Virus record (IMG/VR): IMGVR_UViG_2537562020_000008
Reading direction: 5' to 3' (one strand)
Source of the DNA: a virus
Lineage: Duplodnaviria > Heunggongvirae > Uroviricota > Caudoviricetes
DNA length: 22,406 nt
This document shows positions 1-7,072 of the stretch, piece by piece. The notes under the pieces are model-generated. The model searched no databases. It was not told the DNA's origin and saw nothing but the letters and a program-made list of their open reading frames with translations. The position numbers and the translations under genes were made by a program. Each line of letters begins with the position of its first letter. The stretch's first letter is position 1.

Positions 1-179
1 CCGAACTGCATACGCTGCAGTTTCGCAACCAGCGCCTTCAGCCGGTTGATTTCGGAAGCATAAGCCGCCACCCGCTGTGAGAGCAGGCGGTTGTATTCGG
101 CCATCTGGCGGATGGTGTCCTGTTGCGTCTGCAACAGTGCCCGCAGGCGGGCATTCTCATGAGCAAGTGAGGTGTCCAT
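1..179 (-). CDS. IS66-family transposase (third ORF), N-terminal fragment only; gene runs off the window
   Basis: Reverse-complement translation from ATG at 179 gives MDTSLAHENARLRALLQTQQDTIRQMAEYNRLLSQRVAAYASEINRLKALVAKLQRMQFG, which matches my recollection of IS66 transposase N-termini (leucine-zipper-like). Confidence 0.75.
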   Translation of the reverse strand, partial: MDTSLAHENARLRALLQTQQDTIRQMAEYNRLLSQRVAAYASEINRLKALVAKLQRMQF

Positions 180-198
180 ATCCTCACTTTACAACGGG

Positions 199-546
199 TT
201 ATATGCGGATGCCAGCGCGTTCCGTTCGTTTCGGGTGCTTCCAGTTGATACCTTCAAGAAGCATGGATAACTGAGCCGGAGTAAGGTGAACCTTTCCATC
301 GCGGGTGACCGGCCAGACGAAGCGGCCCCGCTCCAGGCGTTTGGTGAAGAGGCACAGTCCGTCACTGTCAGCCCACAACACTTTTATCTGGTCACCCCGG
401 CGTCCGCGGAAGATGAACAGGTGTCCGGAGAACGGGTCATCCTTCAGGACGTTCTGAACTTTTGATGCCAGGCCGTTAAAGCCATTTCGCATATCGGTGA
501 TACCTGCAACCAGCCAGATACGCGAACCTGCAGGGAGAGATATCAT
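199..546 (-). CDS. IS66-family Orf2 (TnpB-like accessory protein)
   Basis: 115-aa ORF; the segment GITDMRNGFNGLASKVQNVLKDDPFSGHLFIFRGRRGDQIKVLWADSDGLCLFTKRLERGRFVWP is typical of IS66 Orf2; ATGA overlap with upstream orf1. Confidence 0.85.
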   Translation of the reverse strand: MISLPAGSRIWLVAGITDMRNGFNGLASKVQNVLKDDPFSGHLFIFRGRRGDQIKVLWADSDGLCLFTKRLERGRFVWPVTRDGKVHLTPAQLSMLLEGINWKHPKRTERAGIRI

Positions 547-1223
547 CAGTGGCTGCTCCCTTTTATTTCGCGGATAAGTGTCTGTAATAACGCCGGCGTC
601 AGTTTACCTTTAAGCCTGAGAGTTCCGGCCGGCAGAACCAGCTCACAACACAGACTGTCGGACGGTGTATTTATCTGCTCTGGTTCCTGTGCGGGGGCCG
701 GGATTTTATTATCCGGCTCCGGCGTTAACGTCACGGGAAGCAGTGCCGGCATATTTTTTCCGGAAGGCAGCAGGCCACCTTTCCGGTATTGATGGCGCCA
801 GTTGAAGAGCAGGTTATCGTTGATTCCGTTTTCCCGGGCGATCTGCGCCACACAGGCTCCGGGCTGCAGTGACTGCTCCACTAAGGCGATTTTAAACTCA
901 TAAGGGAAGTTGGGCCGCCGGGGACGTTTTTTTACCACGGGGGCTTCGGATATAACGGTGCTTTCAGGACGTACGACTGGTATCGTGGAAAATTGTCCGT
1001 AAAGGCAGGCATCAAGTTCCTGCTCCGACATGCCTGCGGGCAAAGGCCACGAAAGGCCAGCTCTCCGAAAGCGCACGAACATACTACAAACTGTTGATTT
1101 TGGTACACCCAGGCGACGCCCGGCCACAACCCGGGGTAAATGTTCTTCAAAGTGAAGACGTAAAGCTTCAGTGATCCAGGTCCGGTGTTTCATACGATAG
1201 TGTCCATTAAAAATGATGGACAT
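546..1223 (-). CDS. IS66-family Orf1 (TnpA-like accessory protein, HTH-containing)
   Basis: 225-aa ORF directly upstream of, and overlapping, IS66 Orf2; position and order fit IS66 architecture. True start may be the internal Met (MKHRTW...). Confidence 0.7.
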   Translation of the reverse strand: MSIIFNGHYRMKHRTWITEALRLHFEEHLPRVVAGRRLGVPKSTVCSMFVRFRRAGLSWPLPAGMSEQELDACLYGQFSTIPVVRPESTVISEAPVVKKRPRRPNFPYEFKIALVEQSLQPGACVAQIARENGINDNLLFNWRHQYRKGGLLPSGKNMPALLPVTLTPEPDNKIPAPAQEPEQINTPSDSLCCELVLPAGTLRLKGKLTPALLQTLIREIKGSSH

Positions 1224-1272
1224 TATTTTTGTAGAGCCGGAGGAAACAGACCAGACGGTTTAAATGAGCCGG

Positions 1273-1554
1273 TTACTGCCAAGCCGCAAACACCTGTCCC
1301 GGCTCATTTCCCAGTTCAGGCGATGGCGGCGGTTTTCCATCCCGTCTATCCGGAGGAAACAACACGATCTCCACTGAAGCAGGTGCCGACGTTGGTTTCG
1401 GCAGACGACGTAACTGCTCAACTATTGCTGCGCACGCCGCGCTCTGGAATTTTCGCCCCGCCGCGCTTATCAGGCTCTTACCAGCAAACGCCCCTTTGTT
1501 GGGGTGTCGCCAGTACGTGTTCACGCTGGGCGGAAAAGGCAGGATCAGCTTCAT
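1273..1554 (-). pseudogene. rusA: RusA-family Holliday-junction resolvase, apparently truncated at the C-terminus by the IS66-family insertion
   Basis: N-terminal MKLILPFPPSVNTYWR and ...FPPDRR resemble RusA (LPWPPSNNRYYR ... PDRRRRD). After DRR the sequence becomes a Pro/Gly-rich tail (DGKPPPSPELGNEPGQVFAAWQ) lying where the IS end is expected. Confidence 0.5.
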
Positions 1555-1877
1555 ACTTTCAGGTCCCTCTCATGTAACCAGTGGGTTGCACGCAGCCTTG
1601 CGTTTTCCTCACCGGCAAGCAGTGCGCGGATAATCCCGACCGCCTCGCTGTCGTCGTCCTTCCCCGCGGTATGAAGCGTTATCCCCCGGGCCACGCCACG
1701 CTTTATCGTGATGACGCCTTTTTTCTCCAGTGCGCGAAGATGCTCCACCGCTGCATTCACCGAACGGTATCCCAGCATGGTTGCCACCTCCTGATTGGTT
1801 GGCGGGAAGCCACGTTCTTTCTGATAAGAAATCAGCATATCCAGCACCTGCTGCTGGCATTGAGTTAACGTCGTCAT
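1551..1877 (-). CDS. LexA-like N-terminal DNA-binding domain protein (winged HTH), lacking the S24 peptidase domain
   Basis: 108 aa; TQCQQQVLDMLISYQKERGFPPTNQEVATMLGYRSVNAAVEHLRALEKKGVITI closely parallels the LexA N-terminal domain ([52 protein letters not shown]). ATGA-type overlaps with both neighbours. Confidence 0.6.
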   Translation of the reverse strand: MTTLTQCQQQVLDMLISYQKERGFPPTNQEVATMLGYRSVNAAVEHLRALEKKGVITIKRGVARGITLHTAGKDDDSEAVGIIRALLAGEENARLRATHWLHERDLKV

Positions 1878-2527
1878 GCCGCCATCTCCCTGACCAGTTT
1901 TTCCGCCTGCTGGCGAACCTGCGCCAGAAACGCCTCACCACATGCCTCAAGTTCATCGCGCCCGATGTAGCTGATTGCCGGTCCCTTCCAGGTCTTGTCA
2001 AAAACAGCAATAGCACCAGCGAAAAAAGCTCCTGTCGGTACCTGCTTCTCGTCTTTCGGGATAAACCAGACAGGCAGTTCAAAACCAATACGCCCGCGAA
2101 TAAAAGCAATATGATCTGCATCTTCCGGCCACCACACTTCGCTGGTGGCAGCTTTGATCAGGAAAACATAGCGCCCGCCCTTATCACGCATGGCACTGGC
2201 ATGTTTCATGATGTAACGCATGCCGGTGATGTATTGCCCCTCATGCTGACTGGCGCGGCTGTATGGGGGATTACCAAAGGCAGCACCTTTAAGCTCCGCA
2301 AGACGTTCTGACCAGTCATGCGCCAGCGCGTTGTCTTCCGCCGTGTAATACGCGGCACATTTGGCGTTATCACCGTCAGTGAACAGATCCAGAACAAACG
2401 GGCCAAACAGGGTGTTAATTCCCCAGAAAATGTTGTCCGGCGTGCGCCACTGATCGCCCACTTCCTTCAGTTCATGGGCTGGTTTGTTCCGCAGTTCCAC
2501 CAGCGCCTGGCAATATTTATTACTCAT
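1874..2527 (-). CDS. Phage-type DNA N-6-adenine methyltransferase (Dam family)
   Basis: Contains the NPPY catalytic motif (AAFGNPPYSR) in a context typical of phage Dam-like methyltransferases. Start taken at the ATG at 2527, which shares one nucleotide with the upstream gene stop (TAATG); a longer ORF to 2560 exists. Confidence 0.8.
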   Translation of the reverse strand: MSNKYCQALVELRNKPAHELKEVGDQWRTPDNIFWGINTLFGPFVLDLFTDGDNAKCAAYYTAEDNALAHDWSERLAELKGAAFGNPPYSRASQHEGQYITGMRYIMKHASAMRDKGGRYVFLIKAATSEVWWPEDADHIAFIRGRIGFELPVWFIPKDEKQVPTGAFFAGAIAVFDKTWKGPAISYIGRDELEACGEAFLAQVRQQAEKLVREMAA

Positions 2528-3021
2528 TAAGCCCCCACGTAATTCCCTGACAGATACCACTCTTCACCCGATGCAGCGCGCTTGCTGCTTTTCCGTAAGC
2601 ACCGCTCACGACGCGTCAGAAAATTGTTTCGTTCTGGCTGGGAGTGGCTTTCACGGAATGCCGCCATCCACACGGTTGCAGCACGACGGTATAAGCCCCT
2701 GGACTCCAGTTCTTCCGCCTGGCGGGTCAGGCACAAAATCACACGGGGATCGTTAGTGCCGACATAGAAATTGCGCACAGGTCTGGTTTCACGAACTGGT
2801 TGTGGTTCCGGTTCCTGCGCTCTCTCAGTCAGGCGCGGGAAATGTCTGCGTGTATCTCCTTCACAACGGTGAGCCACACGCCCACTCTGACGTAACTTGC
2901 TTGCTGACTGCAGAACGCGCTGCCGTGAGTAACCGGCAAAAGCATCCGCAATATCTCCGGAAGTACAGCCCGGATGGGCTTCAATGAATTTCTGAACGTC
3001 ATTCAAAAGACTCATGCTCAC
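2527..3021 (-). CDS. Prophage regulatory protein: N-terminal winged-helix-like region and C-terminal PerC-like motif (family uncertain)
   Basis: 164 aa; C-terminal AEELESRGLYRRAATVWMAAF recalls the PerC/Pch signature from memory. GTGA overlap with the upstream replication gene. Confidence 0.45.
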   Translation of the reverse strand: MSMSLLNDVQKFIEAHPGCTSGDIADAFAGYSRQRVLQSASKLRQSGRVAHRCEGDTRRHFPRLTERAQEPEPQPVRETRPVRNFYVGTNDPRVILCLTRQAEELESRGLYRRAATVWMAAFRESHSQPERNNFLTRRERCLRKSSKRAASGEEWYLSGNYVGA

Positions 3022-3959
3022 CCCCTGAATCCTGCCGGGATCTGGCTGTAGTCCACGTTGTCGTAACTGGCTTTGAAGTACGGGTCTTCGCGTTTTTCGG
3101 TGTACGTGCTGACGGACGGCGATAAGCGCAGGGAAAGCTCATCCCATTTTTCCCGCAGCTTCGACGGGCTGAGCACGTTACGGCACCAGAACGGATCGCG
3201 ACTGACGCGGCTGTACATCTCGCAGATTTGTTTATGAGTACGACCATCCTGCACACACATCAGGCGAATTTCGTTTGCCCAGGCTGTCCAGTTCGGTTCT
3301 TTGGGACGAACCACCTCGCCGTCACATTCGGCGGCCTGCTCGTACAGGGCGATGATTTTTTTCCAGAGCCACTGTGCGCAGGTCAAATCATCCTGCGTTC
3401 CCCACTGGCGCTTTTTAGGGCTGAATACAACCGCATCAGGATGGCGAGTTAAAAACTCCTGTTCAGCCGTCTGCGTGTCCGGTTGCGAAGCGTCCGGACG
3501 AGAAGTTTTTTTATCTGACGGATCATGTTTTGATTTTACTGACGGATCCCCGCCAGATTCTGACGGGTGAAAACCCGCTTTTTTGCCAGATTTCGACGCA
3601 TCAAATTTTGACGGGTCAGATTTTGATGCGTCAGATTTTGACGGGTCAGAATCTGACAGTTGAGAAAATGCCGCTGCCTGAAGCTTCGCAACGTTAAGCT
3701 GATAAACATTCGACGCATTGCGGTTACCCTGGCGACGCGCCTTACGCGTTAACCAGCCTTCTGCTTCCAGCCGTGCGATAGCCGTTCTGACGGTACTCAT
3801 CCCCGCGCCAATCTGACGGGCAATGGTTTCAATTGATGGCCAGCACACCCCTTCGTCATTACTGAAATCAGCCAGGCGGGCCATAATTGCCACGCTGGAT
3901 AATTTCATGCCTGACGCTGCGCAACCATCCCATACATAGCCGGTTAATTTAGTGCTCAT
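3018..3959 (-). CDS. Phage replication initiation protein (lambda O-like organiser: N-terminal HTH, repeat-rich linker, C-terminal domain)
   Basis: 313 aa; N-terminal HTH (WPSIETIARQIGAGMSTVRTAIARLEAEGWLTR); central repeats SDSDPSKSDASKSDPSKFDASKS encoded by the iteron DNA; sits downstream of cro and the CII-like gene as in lambdoid phages. Confidence 0.75.
   Translation of the reverse strand: MSTKLTGYVWDGCAASGMKLSSVAIMARLADFSNDEGVCWPSIETIARQIGAGMSTVRTAIARLEAEGWLTRKARRQGNRNASNVYQLNVAKLQAAAFSQLSDSDPSKSDASKSDPSKFDASKSGKKAGFHPSESGGDPSVKSKHDPSDKKTSRPDASQPDTQTAEQEFLTRHPDAVVFSPKKRQWGTQDDLTCAQWLWKKIIALYEQAAECDGEVVRPKEPNWTAWANEIRLMCVQDGRTHKQICEMYSRVSRDPFWCRNVLSPSKLREKWDELSLRLSPSVSTYTEKREDPYFKASYDNVDYSQIPAGFRG
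3513..3664. repeat. Iteron array (about 8 copies of a ~15-bp unit, core TGACGG/TGATGCG) inside the replication gene; putative phage origin
   Basis: Seen directly: attttgacgggtcag / attttgatgcgtcag / attttgacgggtcag / aatctgacagttgag in tandem at 3605..3664, with more degenerate copies at 3513..3604 and an A/T-rich stretch at about 3500..3512. Confidence 0.7.
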
Positions 3960-3968
3960 GACCGACCT

Positions 3969-4307
3969 CTATTTCCCTGAATTTACGACGAAACTGTTCG
4001 AGCGGACTGAAGCACTCATGCTCATAGCCTTCGCGGAGGTAGATAACCCGTTGTGTTTCCGGTTCCCAACGAATGACTCTGACGGGCACTCCGTAGTGAT
4101 CTTTGAACCAGCGGTTAACTTGTCGCAAAGGACTGTCTCCTTCTGCCGGTTGAAATCACCCACAGCCCACTCTGCAAAGCTGTGGGTTACAATTTCCCTG
4201 TCACCTGGTACATTTACTGCATAGCAATACTCCACCTTCGCTTTTCCACCCGGTACAGGAAGCGCAATCAGTTGCGAGCGACGGTAGTGTGTTGTTAAAC
4301 TGTTCAT
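3969..4307 (-). CDS. Hypothetical prophage protein (112 aa)
   Basis: ATGA overlap with the upstream CII-like gene supports translation. An alternative frame with a good RBS and TTG start near 4127 also exists, so the gene model is uncertain. Confidence 0.4.
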   Translation of the reverse strand: MNSLTTHYRRSQLIALPVPGGKAKVEYCYAVNVPGDREIVTHSFAEWAVGDFNRQKETVLCDKLTAGSKITTECPSESFVGNRKHNGLSTSAKAMSMSASVRSNSFVVNSGK

Positions 4308-4855
4308 GCGTTAGTTTCTCCACAGTCACGACACGCCACGGCGCCCGGAGCTGCACACTCGCGGGCGTCATTACTTTCTGAAATGCAAAAGATTTTGTAG
4401 ACCAGTGCTGCATGCTCCTGCAGCTTCGAAATTGAGAGATATAGCTCGTCGTTAATTGCAGTTTTCTCATGCGGTTCCACTACACCGTCTTCGATTGCTG
4501 AACGAATCTGTTTTGAATAACTGCCGATCTGTTCAATGACCTCCAGCAGGCGTTGGTTGATATCGGCGTTGTCCACATCCTCGACATCAGGAAGAGACAC
4601 AAAGACGCCATTTGCAGACTGCGCCACAGCGTCAGCAATGAAGTGAGTTCCACCAGCACGTTGCAAAATCATTGCCCATCCCAGCGGGAAAATCTGATCG
4701 CCATCGGCACGAAGGCGGTTAAATAATGCGTTCTCTGTTACATCCAGCCAGTCAGCAGCTTCAGCGTACCCCCCCGGCAACGCTGCGATAGTTTTTCTGA
4801 CAGCTTTCACGTACCACTCAGGCTGTTTTTCTACTTTCCAGTGATGCTTACCCAC
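4304..4855 (-). CDS. Phage regulatory protein, CII-like (CP76 family) - tentative
   Basis: 183 aa immediately downstream of cro in the rightward operon; overall pattern ([35 protein letters not shown]...) resembles CP76-type CII regulators as I recall them. Confidence 0.5.
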   Translation of the reverse strand: MGKHHWKVEKQPEWYVKAVRKTIAALPGGYAEAADWLDVTENALFNRLRADGDQIFPLGWAMILQRAGGTHFIADAVAQSANGVFVSLPDVEDVDNADINQRLLEVIEQIGSYSKQIRSAIEDGVVEPHEKTAINDELYLSISKLQEHAALVYKIFCISESNDARECAAPGAVACRDCGETNA

Positions 4856-5108
4856 GGTTCACCTCCTGTTCCTGTGGTTTAAACCCATTCTGGTTTTGGC
4901 TAGATTGAAAACGTGCCGGATAAAGAATCTGCATTTCGCTGACTTCACCCTTAAAAAAATTGGCTAAACGTTCTGCAAGCTCGATAGATGGAATCTGCTC
5001 CAGCCTCTCAATACGACTCAACGTCGCTGGATTGACTTGAACACCCGCAGCAACATGCTGCAAAGTGAAACCATGCGCCTTACGCACATTTCGTAATGGT
5101 GATTGCAT
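4848..5108 (-). CDS. cro: Cro-like HTH (XRE-family) repressor
   Basis: 86 aa; HTH motif GFTLQHVAAGVQVNPATLSRIERLEQIPSIELAERLANFF; divergent from the cI-like gene across an operator-rich 97-bp spacer. Confidence 0.8.
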   Translation of the reverse strand: MQSPLRNVRKAHGFTLQHVAAGVQVNPATLSRIERLEQIPSIELAERLANFFKGEVSEMQILYPARFQSSQNQNGFKPQEQEVNRG

Positions 5109-5205
5109 ACGCCCTCCAAATATTGCGCGTTATGCATGTTATTTCACGCAATTATTTTGCGCAAGTTGATTTGCTTATCACGCAATAAAGAAATGTAATA
5201 AACGC
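5109..5205. promoter_or_regulatory. Immunity-region operator/promoter region (OR-like) between cro and cI
   Basis: Seen directly: ttgcgcgttatgcat (5123..5137), cacgcaattattttgcg (5144..5160) and ttgcttatcacgcaa (5171..5185), sharing TTGC/GCAA half-sites. Confidence 0.7.
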
Positions 5206-5898
5206 ATGAACATAGGAAACCGAGTCAGACAACTTCGCCAAGCGAAGAACATGAAAATCGCCGATCTCGCTGAAGCGATAGGAGTAGATGCGGCGAACAT
5301 CTCGCGCTTAGAAACGGGTAAGCAAAAACAATTTACCGAACAAACACTGAGTAATATTGCCAAGAGCTTAGGTGTTGATATTGCTGATCTCTTTACCTCT
5401 GCCCACAAAAGTAATACTGTATATAAAAACAGTAATAATGAGGATGTTGCGCAGGTGAAGGATGTGTTCCGTATTGAAATGCTGGATATCAGTGCCAGTG
5501 CGGGAAATGGCCTTATCCAGGGCGGTGATGTCATTGATGTGATTCATGCCATCGAATACAGAACTGATAATGCTGTATCAATGTTCGGCGGACGACCAGC
5601 CAATCACATCAAAGTTATCAACGTTCGTGGGGACAGTATGTGTCCAACCATTGAGCCCGGAGATCTCATCTTCGTTGATGTCAGCATCAATCAGTTTGAT
5701 GGTGATGGTATATATGTCTTTGGTTTTGATGACAAAATATACGTTAAAAGACTTCAAATGATTCCTGACAAACTGCTGGTGATTTCTGATAACCAGATTT
5801 ACCGTGAATGGGGAATTACTAGCGAAAACGAACACCGATTCATGGTCTTTGGAAAGGTCTTAATCAGTCAGTCGCAAACCCTTAAGAGACATAATTAA
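5206..5898 (+). CDS. cI: cI-like prophage repressor (N-terminal XRE HTH + C-terminal LexA-like S24 peptidase domain)
   Basis: 230 aa; HTH (MKIADLAEAIGVDAANISRLETGK) and C-terminal S24-type region (VRGDSMCPTIEPGDLIFVD ... IYVKRL). Confidence 0.9.
   Translation: MNIGNRVRQLRQAKNMKIADLAEAIGVDAANISRLETGKQKQFTEQTLSNIAKSLGVDIADLFTSAHKSNTVYKNSNNEDVAQVKDVFRIEMLDISASAGNGLIQGGDVIDVIHAIEYRTDNAVSMFGGRPANHIKVINVRGDSMCPTIEPGDLIFVDVSINQFDGDGIYVFGFDDKIYVKRLQMIPDKLLVISDNQIYREWGITSENEHRFMVFGKVLISQSQTLKRHN
5415..5434. promoter_or_regulatory. Near-consensus SOS (LexA) box embedded in the cI coding sequence
   Basis: Seen directly: TACTGTATATAAAAACAGTA versus consensus TACTGTATATATATACAGTA; CTGT-N8-ACAG core intact. 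Confidence 0.5.
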
Positions 5899-5917
5899 CC
5901 TCAATATCCCATCCATC

Positions 5918-5942
5918 GGCCACCGAAAGGTGGCTTTTTATT
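5918..5942 (+). terminator. Rho-independent terminator downstream of cI
   Basis: GGCCACC-gaaa-GGTGGC hairpin followed by TTTTTATT, 20 nt after the cI stop. Confidence 0.75.
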
Positions 5943-5952
5943 ACCTATAAAT

Positions 5953-5989
5953 TTGCATATCTCGCAAATATCACTTGCATGTCTCGCAA
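5953..5989. promoter_or_regulatory. OL-like operator pair (two 15-bp TTGC-N7-GCAA sites, 22 bp apart)
   Basis: Seen directly: ttgcatatctcgcaa (5953..5967) and ttgcatgtctcgcaa (5975..5989), same half-sites as the cro/cI intergenic sites. Confidence 0.55.
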
Positions 5990-6175
5990 TTTAATTTTAT
6001 CTTTTGTTCCAGACCAACTACAGGATTACAACAAAATCTGGTTGCAACACGGTGCATGTGTCGTAAGCAGTCAGTAAATGTCAAAAACGAACAGGCAGGA
6101 CGCCCACGAAGTAGCCGCCTGGGGCATATGAAGTCCAGGATGATTCGTTGAGTCATGTTGTGCCACTAGGCACTC

Positions 6176-6472
6176 ATGTTAAAGCAGGTGTATGAAATGA
6201 AAGTCCAGATTTTAAACAATAACTGTGAAGTCGTTTGGTCATACGACATAGCCGCCCCTGTAGATCAGAGCGGCGATAGCTGGACCAATGGGAAACATCA
6301 GATTATGGCTGGAGTTGTGTTCTCTTTACGCCGTGCTTTGGAACAGGCTGAAGTATTTCCATCAGACCCTGAATGGAAATGGCCTTTTTCTATTTGTCCA
6401 AATTCGGAGAGCACATTTCAGAAAATTGGTCAGAAAGTCGCACTCGAAGAGCATCAGCCAACTGTTTCCTGA
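6176..6472 (+). CDS. Hypothetical moron protein (possible start at 6196, MKVQILNN...)
   Basis: ORF downstream of the OL-like sites at the position occupied by rexAB/sieB in lambdoid phages. Its 3' end overlaps the convergent ORF by ~80 bp, so one of the two may be mis-called. Confidence 0.35.
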   Translation: MLKQVYEMKVQILNNNCEVVWSYDIAAPVDQSGDSWTNGKHQIMAGVVFSLRRALEQAEVFPSDPEWKWPFSICPNSESTFQKIGQKVALEEHQPTVS

Positions 6473-6635
6473 TTTTTTCAGGTAACTCGTCGGCATCGCA
6501 GAAACAACAACGCTCGATCATGTTGAAAGCCGATTCGTAGAACTGTTTCTGCTGAGTGTCGCTGAGACAGGAAAAGAGCGACGTTACGATGATTTTATTA
6601 ATTGCATTATCAAGTTCTTTTTCATCAAAAGTCAT
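6390..6635 (-). CDS. Hypothetical small Cys-containing protein (81 aa)
   Basis: Good RBS (aaaaggaaaatcaaATG); contains CCFC; no family recognised. Confidence 0.45.
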   Translation of the reverse strand: MTFDEKELDNAINKIIVTSLFSCLSDTQQKQFYESAFNMIERCCFCDADELPEKIRKQLADALRVRLSDQFSEMCSPNLDK

Positions 6636-7072
6636 TTGATTTTCCTTTTATGTATACGGGCTTAAAAGGATACCACCGAGCCTGAAGTGGTGAAAAGACA
6701 GGCACATAACAGCTAAGTATTTTCAACCAAAGAGAATCCTTAGCGTTGTGGTGAATGCGGCTCAGCGCACGCGGGTTAAGGTTGAGGCTGACAGTCGACC
6801 TTCTGTGGATACCCACCCGTCTGGTGTGCAACCTTCGCCAGGCACCGGGAGGCACCCGGCACCACAACTTTATGCTGTGTGTAGTCCTGGCGGTACCAGT
6901 TTGTACCCTTGCTTCCGGCTGGTACCGTCCTTTTTACAAAACAGAGAAGAGCATCACCGGACGACGGGCTCATAACCCAATCCATCCGGGCGGCTGCCAC
7001 CGCAGGTGTTCTTCTCTGTTTTGTGGAGAAACTAATCGGCCTTGCAGGGTCGATATGATGAGGAGCAGCAAA

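Larger units (their letters stand above)
1..1340 (-). mobile_element. IS66-family insertion sequence, partial (left end to within the third ORF; continues beyond window start). Inner boundary is approximate (~1335-1345).
   Basis: Three minus-strand ORFs in canonical IS66 order (orf1, orf2, transposase N-terminus). Boundary inferred from where the adjacent RusA-like ORF loses RusA-like sequence; no terminal inverted repeat was identified. Confidence 0.7.

Noticed and set aside
1185-1577. Plus-strand 130-aa ORF overlapping the IS66 end and the RusA-like gene
   Set aside because: Antisense to the better-supported RusA-like ORF, spans the IS junction, and has a low-complexity Pro/Arg-rich translation.
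1581-2406. ORFs antisense to the LexA-like and methyltransferase genes (1581..1868 +, 1609..2121 -, 1730..2311 +, 2206..2406 -, 2318..2530 +)
   Set aside because: Each overlaps a gene with recognisable family motifs on the other strand or frame and shows no motifs of its own.
3969-4127. Alternative-frame small gene (TTG start near 4127 with AAGGAGA RBS, ~59 aa ending at the replication gene start) inside the 112-aa ORF; coordinates given in minus-strand reading order
   Set aside because: Not rejected outright, but I cannot decide between this model and the 112-aa ORF without homology data. The 112-aa ORF was kept as the feature because of its ATGA coupling to the upstream gene; a frameshifted single gene is also possible.
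5178-5835. Minus-strand ORFs inside cI (5178..5534, 5578..5835) and plus-strand ORF 5546..5761
   Set aside because: Embedded in the well-supported cI repressor gene in alternative frames; hydrophobic or low-complexity translations.
5971-6156. Minus-strand 61-aa ORF in the OL/leader region
   Set aside because: Overlaps the operator repeats and putative leader; Cys/Arg-rich with no RBS. The region is more plausibly regulatory.
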